Source of the DNA: a virus
Taxonomy: Duplodnaviria; Caudoviricetes
DNA: 37,189 nucleotides
Strand: one strand, 5' to 3'
Virus record (IMG/VR): IMGVR_UViG_3300025723_000095
Location: 1 to 37,189 of that record
Below the pieces are notes generated by a model, which had not been told where the DNA came from, did not search any database, and saw only the letters and a program-made list of their open reading frames with translations. A program made the position numbers and the translations under genes. This document shows, in pieces, positions 16,083-28,500 of the stretch (positions within the stretch are counted from its first letter, which is position 1; each line of letters begins with the position of its first letter).

Positions 16083-19000
16083 ATGACTATTCCATCAACA
16101 ACATCCAAACTACTAGTCACTGAAGACTGGAAAAAAATCTACCAAAGTTTTCGTAATGCTGACTTTCAAAGTTATGATTATGAAACTATTCGTAGAGTTT
16201 TAATTTCTTATCTACAAGAAAATTATCCAGAAGATTTTAATGACTATATTGATAGTAGTGAATATATTGCGTTAGTTGATTTAATAGCATATCTAGGACA
16301 AAACTTAAGTTTTCGTATCGATTTAAATGCTCGTGAAAACTTTTTAGAAACAGCACAACGTCGAGATAGTATTTTACGACTAGCACAGTTAGTAAGTTAT
16401 GTTCCTAAACGCAATATTCCTGCCAGCGGATTATTAAAAATCACAGCTATAGCTACAACTGATTCTGTTACAGATTCTACAGGAGTCAATCTAGCTAATA
16501 CTACAATTTCTTGGAATGATCCAACAAACACTAATTGGTACAATCAATTTATTAGTATTATAAATTCTGCAATGCCTGCACCTATGACATTTGGTAAACC
16601 CAATGATCATGGAACAATTAACGGCATTATTACAGATCAATATTTGATCAATAGTTCAAATGCTGATGTTCCTATCTATAGTTTTAATAAAAATGTCAAT
16701 GGAACATCTATGTCATTCGAAATTGTTCCTGCTACATTCAAAGGACAAAGCTACATATATGAATCCGCACCTAGTCCCGGAAGTTCTGTAAGTTTATTAT
16801 ATCAAAACGATAATCAGGGATCAGGTAGTGCTAATACAGGTTTCTTTGCACTATTCAAACAAGGTACGTTAGGATTAAGTAATTTTAGTATCACAAATCC
16901 TGTTGCCAATGAAATTATTGGCATTAATGTTAGTCAAATTAACAACACTGATGTATGGTTATGGCAATTAAACAATGACGGAACTTATCCTACAACACCA
17001 TGGACTCAGGTTCCTGCTGTAGTAGGTAATAATGTTATCTATAATAGTATCGCCACAAATATACGAAATTTCTATAGTGTTACATCTAGAGATCAAGATC
17101 AGATTGATTTAAATTTTGCGGATGGTAGTTTTGGTGATTTACCTAAAGGTAATTTTAATTTATATTATCGTCAAAGCAACGGATTAACATATGCAATTAA
17201 ACCCGAGCAGATGAGTGGGGTAGTTATTAATGTGCCTTACGTTAATCAATCTGGACAAAATCAAACACTTACCGTAACATTAGGATTACAATACACAGTC
17301 AGTAATAGTTCGGCACCTGAAACAAATGCTACTATTCAGAGAAATGCACCACAGGCATATTATACGCAAGATCGTATGGTCACAGGTGAAGATTATAATA
17401 TAGCACCATTGACTTATACCAGTAATGTTCTTAAAGTTAAAAGTACTAACAGGGTCAGTAGTGGTATCAGTAAATATTTTGAACTCAGTGATGTTAGTGG
17501 AAAATATAGTTCTACAAATATATTTGCTACTGATGGAATACTTTACAAAGATGTAAATGAGAAAAATTTCAGTTTTAGTTTTTCTAGCAGAAATCAAATA
17601 TTATCTGTAATTAAAAAACAGTTAGAACCTATAATTAATTCACCTGCATTAAAATCTTTTTACATTGATACCTATAGAACCATTGCTCCTATAACACTTA
17701 ATAGTAATTTGGCATCACTACTTTCAAGATGGCATTTAACAAATAGTGTATCGGGTCAAAGTAGAGGATATTTTACATTAGACAAAATTTCATCTGGTAA
17801 TGTTTTACAAGTTCCGATATCAGTAGGAACAACGGTAAATTATCCTTATGCATATATTTCTGCCGGTACTCTAATAAAATTTACTCCACCAGTAATTAAC
17901 AATAAACAACAATATTTTTTACCTAATGGAAAAATTACAGCTATAAAAAATAATAAGACTACAGATTATATATGGTCTACTGTAATACAAGTAATAGGTG
18001 ATGGTGCTAATAACGGTCTAGGAAATCTTACCGATGGAACAGGTCCTATTATACTCGGAACACAAATTGATAACGGTGCTATTCCTGTTGAAATTGTTCC
18101 CCCATTTGTAAGCACATTGTCTTATAGTTTTGAAAACGCATTGATTAATCTATGTCTTACCCAACGTAATTTTGGATTATCATTTAATGTTGTTACAAGA
18201 AGTTGGACAATTATTGAAGATACAAATTTAGATTTAATAAATCCATTTAGTACGACGTACCAAGGCGATGCAAGTAATTCAAATAAAGATTCGAGTTGGT
18301 TAATAGCATTCACATGGGTTGGGGATAGTTATAAAGTTAGATGTAGAATTACAGATTTTATATTTCAAAGTGTAAATCAAACTGGGTTTTATGTAGACCC
18401 AACTGATATTAATTTTGATTTTACAACCAATACAGTTATCAAAGATAAAATAAATGTCCTTGCTATTAATTCGCTACCTGGTGTTAATGTAACATCCCAA
18501 GGATTAGGCAAAGATTACAGTTGGCAAGTTGACAATCCTATTATCGAAGTTGACGGGTATACTGACCCTTCAAAAATTTCAGTAAGTTTTTATAGTCATC
18601 AAGATTCTGGAACAGTCGGGCAAATTATCGACCCTGATGCATTTAACAATATCGTAGGTACAACTGTATCAGGAACATCCGATGGATATGTAATGTATCA
18701 AATTTCTTCAGATGGAATGACAGTTACTCCTGTTGATAATTCTGCATTTATAGTATTTGGTTCTGAATCTGAAGCCTACACTTATTATAATGAATACAAT
18801 GGATTAGATACAAGTTATCTTTATTATTTTACTTCAACAAATGTTGTAAAGAGTGCAACGTCATCTGCATTTGTATATGAACCAAATTATATTGTATATC
18901 CTGGTCGAGCAGAATTAAATTTTCATTACCTACATAATAGTGGTAATGAGCGTAGGATCGATCCTAGTAAAAGTAATATTATTGATATCTATATGTTAAC

Positions 19001-19541
19001 TGCCGAGTATGATACAGCATTTAGAAATTGGTTGTTAACAGGTTCAGGAACACAACCGTTATCTCCTACTAGTCAAAGTTTAGAAAATAATTACTCTAAT
19101 AGTTTAAATCCTATTAAAACTATCAGTGATGAAATAGTATATCAACCAGTAACTTATAAAGTTTTATTTGGACCTACTGCTGATATTAAACTACAAGGAA
19201 CATTTAAAGCAGTGATTAATCCTACAAGTACCGCAAGTCACAATAGTATTATATCTAGAGTGTTATCTGCAATTAATGAATTTTTTGCATTAGAGAATTG
19301 GGATTTTGGTCAAAGTTTCTATTTCAGTGAGTTATCGACTTATGTAATGAACTTGTTATCTTCGGATATAACAAATTTTATATTGGTGCCAACGATTAAT
19401 AGTTTTGGAAGTTTATATGAAATAAATTGCCAAGATAATGAAATTTTTATTAGCGGTGCTACTGCTGCCGATATCGAAGTTATTGATGCAATTACTGCTT
19501 CTCAACTAAACACTACATTTATTGTAACTAATGCCGGATAA
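16083..19541 (+). CDS. gp6: Baseplate wedge subunit gp6-like
   Basis: DYETIR..LI.YL...EDFND...E.FLETAQRRDSILRLA..V.Y.P; FADG.FG..P; AP..Y.TQDRMVT.EDY motifs; follows gp25. Confidence 0.85.
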   Translation: MTIPSTTSKLLVTEDWKKIYQSFRNADFQSYDYETIRRVLISYLQENYPEDFNDYIDSSEYIALVDLIAYLGQNLSFRIDLNARENFLETAQRRDSILRLAQLVSYVPKRNIPASGLLKITAIATTDSVTDSTGVNLANTTISWNDPTNTNWYNQFISIINSAMPAPMTFGKPNDHGTINGIITDQYLINSSNADVPIYSFNKNVNGTSMSFEIVPATFKGQSYIYESAPSPGSSVSLLYQNDNQGSGSANTGFFALFKQGTLGLSNFSITNPVANEIIGINVSQINNTDVWLWQLNNDGTYPTTPWTQVPAVVGNNVIYNSIATNIRNFYSVTSRDQDQIDLNFADGSFGDLPKGNFNLYYRQSNGLTYAIKPEQMSGVVINVPYVNQSGQNQTLTVTLGLQYTVSNSSAPETNATIQRNAPQAYYTQDRMVTGEDYNIAPLTYTSNVLKVKSTNRVSSGISKYFELSDVSGKYSSTNIFATDGILYKDVNEKNFSFSFSSRNQILSVIKKQLEPIINSPALKSFYIDTYRTIAPITLNSNLASLLSRWHLTNSVSGQSRGYFTLDKISSGNVLQVPISVGTTVNYPYAYISAGTLIKFTPPVINNKQQYFLPNGKITAIKNNKTTDYIWSTVIQVIGDGANNGLGNLTDGTGPIILGTQIDNGAIPVEIVPPFVSTLSYSFENALINLCLTQRNFGLSFNVVTRSWTIIEDTNLDLINPFSTTYQGDASNSNKDSSWLIAFTWVGDSYKVRCRITDFIFQSVNQTGFYVDPTDINFDFTTNTVIKDKINVLAINSLPGVNVTSQGLGKDYSWQVDNPIIEVDGYTDPSKISVSFYSHQDSGTVGQIIDPDAFNNIVGTTVSGTSDGYVMYQISSDGMTVTPVDNSAFIVFGSESEAYTYYNEYNGLDTSYLYYFTSTNVVKSATSSAFVYEPNYIVYPGRAELNFHYLHNSGNERRIDPSKSNIIDIYMLTAEYDTAFRNWLLTGSGTQPLSPTSQSLENNYSNSLNPIKTISDEIVYQPVTYKVLFGPTADIKLQGTFKAVINPTSTASHNSIISRVLSAINEFFALENWDFGQSFYFSELSTYVMNLLSSDITNFILVPTINSFGSLYEINCQDNEIFISGATAADIEVIDAITASQLNTTFIVTNAG

Positions 19542-19546
19542 TAAAA

Positions 19547-22500
19547 ATGGCAACTTCTAAAATTAATTCAGTAAATTTATTACCTATAACTTTACAAACT
19601 GATAAAAATACTAAATTTTTAGCCAGTACACTTGATCAACTTATACAACCGACTCAATTAAAACGCCTCGACGGGTATATAGGATCAACCCAAACTGCGA
19701 CATATAATTCTACAAATGATGTCTATCTACCTGGAAATGTTTATGATTTAACTCCGGCATTGGTAACCAATGATAGTGTTGGTAATATCCAATCTGTGCA
19801 AAGTTATAATGATTTAATAAATGAAATATCTGTTAAAGGTGGATTAACTAATAATCTTGACAGATTATTTAGATCAAAATCATACGCTTATAACGCACAT
19901 ATTGATTGGGATAAACTAGTAAATTATCAAGATTATTTTTGGTTAACAACTGGCCCTCAAGTAATTGAAGTTACTTCGGACACACTAGATATTGAATCAA
20001 CCATCATAGGACAATCTAATGCAACAGTCAATGTAGGAGATATGCAAGTTGCGTTAAGCAATGGAATGCTGATTACATTTGGCGGAATTAACATCGACAA
20101 AAAATACCATGAAAAGGAATTTTTTGTAGAAGGAGTTGGATCATCTATTGTACTAGTTCCATTCCAAAAATTAATTACTACTGAACAAATTGCTACTCCG
20201 CAAACTGAAGGATTTGATACAAAGCCTTTTGATGATTATTCTTTTGATGATAATCGACCTGTACCTATTAACGCAGAATACATTACCATCAATAGATCTA
20301 GTCTAGACTTAAATCCGTGGAGTCGTTATAATCGATGGATACATCGAGATATTATTGAAACAAGTGCAATTGCTAACGGTAAAATACCAGTCTATCCTGC
20401 AAATCTCAGAGCACAGCGACCTATTGTAGAATTTGAAGCTGGATTACAATTATTTAATTTTGGATCTAATGCAATACACCCCATCGACATTATTGATACA
20501 ACAACAACCAACGCATTTTTAACAATAAATGGTGCTGCCTCTGCTATAAATTCTATATCAACTGATGTAGTAGTAGATGGAGTGATATTATCTCCGGGGC
20601 TTCGAATTGTATTCAATGCTGATGAGAATCCTGATGTTAGAGGAAAGATATACGAAATAGATTTTGTTAAAGTTAATGGAGCTATAACATTAACATTGGT
20701 TCCTGCAGTTGATCATAATCCTGCTGTAGATTCTTCTGTATTAGTAATTAATGGGAGCTCAAATGGCGGAACAAGTTGGTGGTATGATGGCAATCAATGG
20801 CAGTATGCACAACAACGAACTGTATTAAATCAAGCACCTTTGTTTAATTTGTATGATGAATCTGGAAATAGTTATGCAGATAAAAATTATTATCTAAGTA
20901 ATTTTAAAGGTAATCAAATATTTGGATATCAAGTTGGTACTGGAACAAATGATCCTTATTTAGGATTTCCTTTAGCATATAGAAATATCAATGCTGTAGG
21001 TAGTTTTTTATTCTCTAATTATTTTTCAAGTGATACAATTGTTATTTCTTATTCAAATCTTACAACATCACAAATTTCTACCAACATAACGTATTGTAAA
21101 CGTAATACGGATTCTGGAATAATTTACGAAAATTCTTGGAAGTTAGGAGTTGATTATCCTATTCCTTTATTAACAACCCCATCATCGACCTCATATTATC
21201 AAGAACCACTTAGTTTAACCAACAACCCATTAAATTCAACAATTAATCAATTCACTATTAGCGAATTATATGAGCATGTTCAATCAATGACTATGCAAGT
21301 TCCGGGATATGTGACAACATCAAGCGGTCTATCAAGTAATTTAAGAGACTTAGGTGATTACACGACATACGGTATTAAATTAATTTCTAATTCTAATCCT
21401 ATTTCTTTTGCTCAAATGTTTATAGGAAAAAAAGAACATAGTATAATTGATGCTATTTCTAAAGTTGGTGATCAATACAATCAATTTAAATTAACATTTT
21501 TAAACAGTATTGTTAAAATTTCTAATCAGTTAGATCCTGTATCTGCGGTTGATGAAGTATTGACTACCTTAAATCAAAACAACGGTAGTTATAGTCCTTA
21601 CTATCTATCAGACATGTCAGCATACGGTAATCCAGAAATTATAAGGACATTTACAGTTACAGATCCGAGAAATGTTTTATATCCCCTAACTACTGAATTT
21701 GATCTTGATACGTTGGGTTTACGATCTGTGTTAACTTACCTTAATGGTAATCATTTAATCTATGGTATTGATTATAATTTTAATAAAGAATTGTCATGTA
21801 TTAATATATTAATACCATTATATAAAGGTGACACACTGGTTGTTAAAGATTTTACAAACACCGAAGGTGCCTACATTCCTCCAACTCCTACTAAGTTAGG
21901 AATGTATCCTGCGTTTATTCCTAAAATATATCAAGACAACACATACCTTACCCCTGTAAAAGTTATACAAGGACATGATGGTAGTATTATTCCTGCATAC
22001 AATGATTACAGAGATGCTATTATTCTTGAATTAGAAAAAAGAATTTATAATAATATCAAAGTACAATATCGTCCAGAGTTATTAGACATTAATAGTGTTA
22101 TACCTGGTGCTTTTAGAAATACTGAGTATTCGACACCTGAAATTACTAAAATACTATCACAAGATTTTATAAAATGGACAGGCACTTATAGCATTGATTA
22201 TAGTAGTCGTGCAGAATTTGATATCAATGATGCTTTTACTTGGAATTTTAATGGTAGTTATACACCTTTTAATAATATAGCATTATTTGGATCATGGCGC
22301 AGTGTTTACAAATATTTCTACGATACAGATCGACCGCATACTAATCCCTGGGAAATGTTAGGGTTCTCCGAACAGCCCAGTTGGTGGACATCGACCTATG
22401 GAACAGATTTTTCATCTAACAATACACAGATGTGGACAGACTTGGAGAATGGTTATATAGCAGGTACAGGAGAAACTAATCCTTTATATGCTCGACTAGG

Positions 22501-25500
22501 TCTAAGTGAAATTATTCCTACTTATAATAATGGTGCATTAAAAGATCCTGCTAAAATTTTTGGTCCTACTATAAGCGGAACTTTAATTCAACAAACTTGG
22601 GTTCCAGGAGATCAAGGACCTGCTGAAACCGCATGGCGTAGAAGTAGTCTATGGCCTTATACTGTACAAAAAATATTGGCATTGACCATTCCTGCAACTT
22701 ATGCTTCACTAATGTATGATACAAGTCGTATGCAAAAAAACATTGCTGGACAATGGACATACGGTGCCGACGAAACATTCTTACAATTAAATAATCTCTA
22801 TATATCTGGTGAAAATAATAATTTAACTAGCGGTTATAGTGTGTTAGTATCCGAAGTAGGACAGCAACGTACAACTAATTATATTGCTGAACTTCGCCAA
22901 GATTTAAATTATGCCAATTATAATTTATTTTATAAAGTTGGTGGATTTGTTGATCAAAATACACTGCAAGTTATTATAGATGCATATGATCCCACAAGTA
23001 CAGATCCTGGTTCTATATTACCTTCACAAAATTATAAATTAATTTTAGATATAAGTAATCCTATTAGATCTATTAGTATTTCTGGTTTTATAGTACAACG
23101 AACATCTACGGGATATACAATTAAGGGATATGATAGACAAAATCCTTATTTTACATATTATCCTAGTATAAGAAATCTTAATACACCTGCAATTACTATA
23201 GGAGGTAAAACTGCTCCTTATGTTACATGGGCACCTAGCGGAACATTAGGAGATACTGGATTAAGTAATATAGATATAACTACAGCAAAATCAGCAGTGG
23301 CCGGTAATTTTTATCAGAAAGGGCAGATAGTTGCATATGGTAATAATTATTATAGAGTTATTGTTGCACATCAAGCAGAAGCTACATTCAATCCGGCCTA
23401 TTATCAAATACTACAGTCTTTGCCTAGCACAGGTGGTGCTACGGTGCAGATTGCTAGCGGGTTTGCTACTACTGCGTTGCAAGTTCCTTATGGAACAACT
23501 TATTCAAGTATTCAAGAAGTCTATGATTTAATTATAGGATATGGACGATGGATAGTTAATCAAGGATTTATGTTCGATGAATATAATAAAGATCTAGGAA
23601 CAGTGCTTGATTGGAATTTAACAGCCAGTGAATTTTTATATTGGACAACTCAAAATTGGGCATCTGATAGTATTTTAACATTGAGTCCTTTTGCTAATCA
23701 GATAGTTTATCAGGCCACTGATTCTGTTGTGGATAATTTATTTGATGGTTTTTATGACTATAGTATTTTAAAAGCAGATGGCAGTCCATATCCTCAAAAG
23801 AGTTTAAGTATTTCTCGAAACAACGGGGTGTGTACCATTGCTACATTGCCCGACACTGATGGGATTTATTTTGCTAGATTAAATTGCATACAAAAACAAC
23901 ACGGTATGGTTTTTGATAATGTTGATGATTTTGGTGATGTCATTTATGATATTCAAACCGGCACACGACAAATGCGAATGAAATTAGTTGGCTTTAAAAC
24001 CGATGGGTGGAACGGAGATTTCTTTAGTCCTGGATTTGTATATGATAATGTAACTGTGAGTAATTGGGAATCTAATACAAAATATTTGGCAGGTACCGTA
24101 GTATATTGCAACGGTAATTATTATTCAGCAATTAAGAATATTAATCCTAGCGAATATTTTAATTTTACCGATTGGAGCTCATTACCTAAAAAACCTACTG
24201 CTGGTTTATTACCTAATCTTGATTATAAGATTACTCAGTTCTCTGATTTTTATAGTTTAGATATTGATAACTTTGATGCAGGCCAACAAAAAATGGCCCA
24301 ACATCTTACAGGATATACACCACGTGTTTATCTGAATAATATTTTTACAGATCCTATTTCACAATATAAATTCTATCAAGGATTTATTAAACAGAAAGGT
24401 ACTAAAAATTCTATTGATTCATTAAAGAAAGCAACTATACATAATTTACAAGGTCAAGTTAGTTATAATGAAGAATGGGCATTTAGAATTGGTGAATACG
24501 GATCTTATACAACGTATCAGGAATTAGAAGTTCCATTGATTGAAGGAACGTTTTTAGAAAATCCTCAAATTATTAATTTTGTTGATCAAGTACCTAATAC
24601 AGCTGGTAATAGTTTAATACATTATACTATTTCCGATAACCTTACAATTAAACCTAAAAATTATTCTCCTAGTACAACTTTTGCATCAACATCTGATCAA
24701 AGTTCAATGATATTAACACATTCTGGGTATGTTCGATTAGATGATGTTACTGCCACAGCCTATAATGAAAATAGTTTATTAGATATTGCTAACAATGGAC
24801 AATTAAAAGAAGGTGACACAATATGGTTAGGCTTTACTCAAAATGGTAATTGGGACATTTACAGATACACATATAACCCTGCAGGTATTATAGGAGTATA
24901 CGTAAGTTTTCCTGTTAGTCAAATTACATTTACCACTTCTGTAAATCATAATCTATCTGTAGGACAACTCATTAGCGTTTCTAATTTTAATAGTCAGGTA
25001 GATGGAATTTATACTGTACAATCTATACCAAAACTCAATCAATTTACAGTAGCAAGTACATTAGCTTCTATTACTAATTCAGAATTATTGTCTCCGGGTA
25101 AATTGTTTGAATTTAAAACTGCAAGGATATCTAATTTTGATAATTTACCTGCCGATAAAGAATTATACAAATTGCCTTACGGTACAAAATTTTGGATTGA
25201 TAATACTTTTGAAAATGATCAAAACTGGTCAGTCTATCAAAAAATTAATAATTACAACTCAACAGTAACATATGGACAATTTGTAGATGGTCTAGGAACT
25301 AGTATCAGCAAACGAAGCGGTAGCAATATTGTAGTAATAGGTGCACCAACCTATAATTATAATAATAAACAAGGTGCCGTGTTCCTTTATCAACAACAAG
25401 GAAATACATTAAAAAATATTTTAAGATATTTTATAGGATCTTCATATAGTTCTACAAACTTTGGTCAAACTGTAGTCTATGATGATATGCCTGTAAATTC

Positions 25501-28500
25501 TACGTCACCCTATGGATTTATATATGCATCAGCTCCAGATGCTAGTAGCGGAGCCGGAGTTGTTAAGGTTAGTACTGTTAATACAAATTCTCAAGAAGAA
25601 GGTTCTAATTTTTACATTACAAATCCAGATCCAACAAATGGATTTTTTGGTACATCTATATGGGTTCAGCGAAAGGCTGAAAATAAACTAGTTTTTATAG
25701 GTGCTCCGGGATCAAATACAGTTACTGGAAAAACTTGGATCTATAAAGTAAATTCAACATTGATATCTAATGCTGTGGCGGTGATTGATCACAATATAAG
25801 TTACACAATAGGCAGTCAATGGGGATATTCTATTAGTGGCGCAGATGATGTATCTTATATTGCTATTAGTGCTCCGGGTTATACAGATAATACTGGTATT
25901 GTTTCGGTATTTAAAAATGATATAAATTATGTACAAACTATAAGTTCTCCTTTTGGTGTTGGAGATAGATTTGGTCAGGTAGTTTCTATGTCACCGATGG
26001 GAGATTATCTGTTTATATCTGCACCGAACGTAGTGAATAGTGATAATTCTATAGGTGCGGTTGCAATATATAATTTTGTTGATGGTTTATTTGTATTAGA
26101 ATCAATTTTAGAAAATCCTGTAGCAGGTTCTTTAATGAAGTTTGGTTCGGCTATTGATATTAATACTACTTCAAATACTTTGGTAATTTCTGCATTAGGA
26201 ATTAATGCTACATTTCCAACTACTGTTGATAGCGGCAATACTACCTTTGACAATGGAATTACTGGATTTGTAGGAACAGAAACAAATTCTGGTGCAGTAT
26301 ATATGTACCATAGAAATTATCAAAGATTTATTTTGTCGCAAGAATTAACGGCATCTACAATTGCAATAACATCTGGAACAGATTTTGGAAGTAGTATAGC
26401 AATTGATGATGGAGTTGTATTTGTAGGTGCTCCAGCCGTTGATAACGATGCTGTAACTGGCGGAATATATCAATTTAATCAAATAGACTTAACAACTAAT
26501 AGTTTAAGTAAAATTAGAAATTTTGAAAATTTAGTTATACCTAATACTGTAGAAAAAGTATCATTGATTGATACTTACAACGAAGATATTTTACAATATC
26601 TTGATGTCATTGATCCGTTGAAGGGGAAAATAGCAGGTATTGCTGAACAAGAATTAACTTATAAATTAATCAGCGATCCTGCAATATACTCTCTTGGACT
26701 TGCTGGAGTTAATGTAGATACAAATACTAACTGGTTAGATGACCATGTGGGAGAATTGTGGTGGGATCTTAGCACTGCAAAATATGTATGGTACGAACAA
26801 AGCGATCTCGAATATCGTAAAAATAATTGGGGTAAATTATTTCCGGGTGCTACTATTGATGTCTACGAGTGGGTTGGTTCTACTCTGCTACCTAGTGAAT
26901 GGAGTTCCCAAGCAGATACTACTCAGGGATTAACATTAGGTATCAGCGGACAACCTAAATTTCCAGACAACAGTATTGTCAGCGTTAAACAAGTCTATGA
27001 CAACATAACTAATTCTTATAGTAACGTTTATTATTACTGGGTTAAGAATTCAATTATTGTACCTAATGCTAAAAATCGTAGAAAGAGCAGTTACGAAGTT
27101 GCCAGTATAATTGCCGATCCTACTGCTTACGGATTAGAGTTTGCGGCATTTATTTCGCCTGATGCTGTGGCGTTGAGCAATGTTAGTTCTTTATTAGTTG
27201 GTGAAAATATCAGTCTTAATATTGGACAAGATAGAGTTGCGGCTTCAATGACTAATTCTATACCTAAACATACCGAATGGTTGATTTTACAAGAAAATAA
27301 TGAGAATAGCAGTCCAAATGCATTGTTAGAAAAGAAATTAATTGATAGTTTGTTAGGACATGATAGTGTAGGAAATCCTGTTCCTGATCCGGCGTTGAGT
27401 TTAAGAACACGATATGGAATTGGAATTAGACCTCGACAAACATTCTTTAAAGATAGAATTACCGCTATAAGAAATGTTGTTGAATTTACTAACAATGTTT
27501 TAATCAACGAACTTATTACAGGTAATTATGATTTTATTAATCTTAATGCACAAGAACAAATTCCAAATAGATATCTAAACACTTATGATAAAATTGTTGA
27601 AGATAATAATGAATTAACTTTAATAGATACAACGGTATTTCAACAAGCAAAAATTCAATGTACAGTCAATGATAATGGTCAAGTTATTTCTGCTAATATT
27701 ATAAATCCTGGATTTGGATACGGCACGCTGAATTCTGTTGAAGGTGGGTATCAAGGCCCGACATTTATATATCCAGAATTTGGTAGCGGGATTAATTTAT
27801 CTACAGTTGTCGATAATACCGGTGCTGTTATTGATGTAATAATAGAAAATGGTGGTACTGGATATATCAATAATTTTATTATTACCTCTAGACCACAATC
27901 AGTGATCGTTGTTAGCGATGATATAAACAACGGAGGATGGACACAATACGTTTATGATTATTCTTCTAAAAACTGGATACGTTTTAAAACTCAAAGTTAC
28001 AATACTACTTTATATTGGAATTATGTAGATTGGTCTAGTAGTGATTACGATCAGTATAGAATATACTCTTCGATTATAGGTAGTTCCTATGAGTTAAGTG
28101 AGTTAACTATAACGCCCGGTCAGTATATTAAAATTAACAATAGTGGAAATGGAAATTATATAGTTATAGAAGCATTAGATCCTAGTATTCAAGGAACATA
28201 CGGACAGGGATTTAATTTAGTATATGCACAAAATGGTACAATACAATTATCAAACAGTATTTGGAATAGAGCAAATAGTACATATGGATTTGACTATGTT
28301 AAATCTTATGACCAAACACTGTGGGATCAAACTCCTGATCTTGAATTAAAATATATCTTAACAGCACTAAAAGAAAACATATTCATTAATTCATTAAAAA
28401 TTAACTGGAATTTATTATTTTTTACCGCTGTTAGGTATGCGTTGTCGGAACAAAAATTATTAGACTGGGCTTTTAAAACATCTTTTATAAATGTTGTTAA

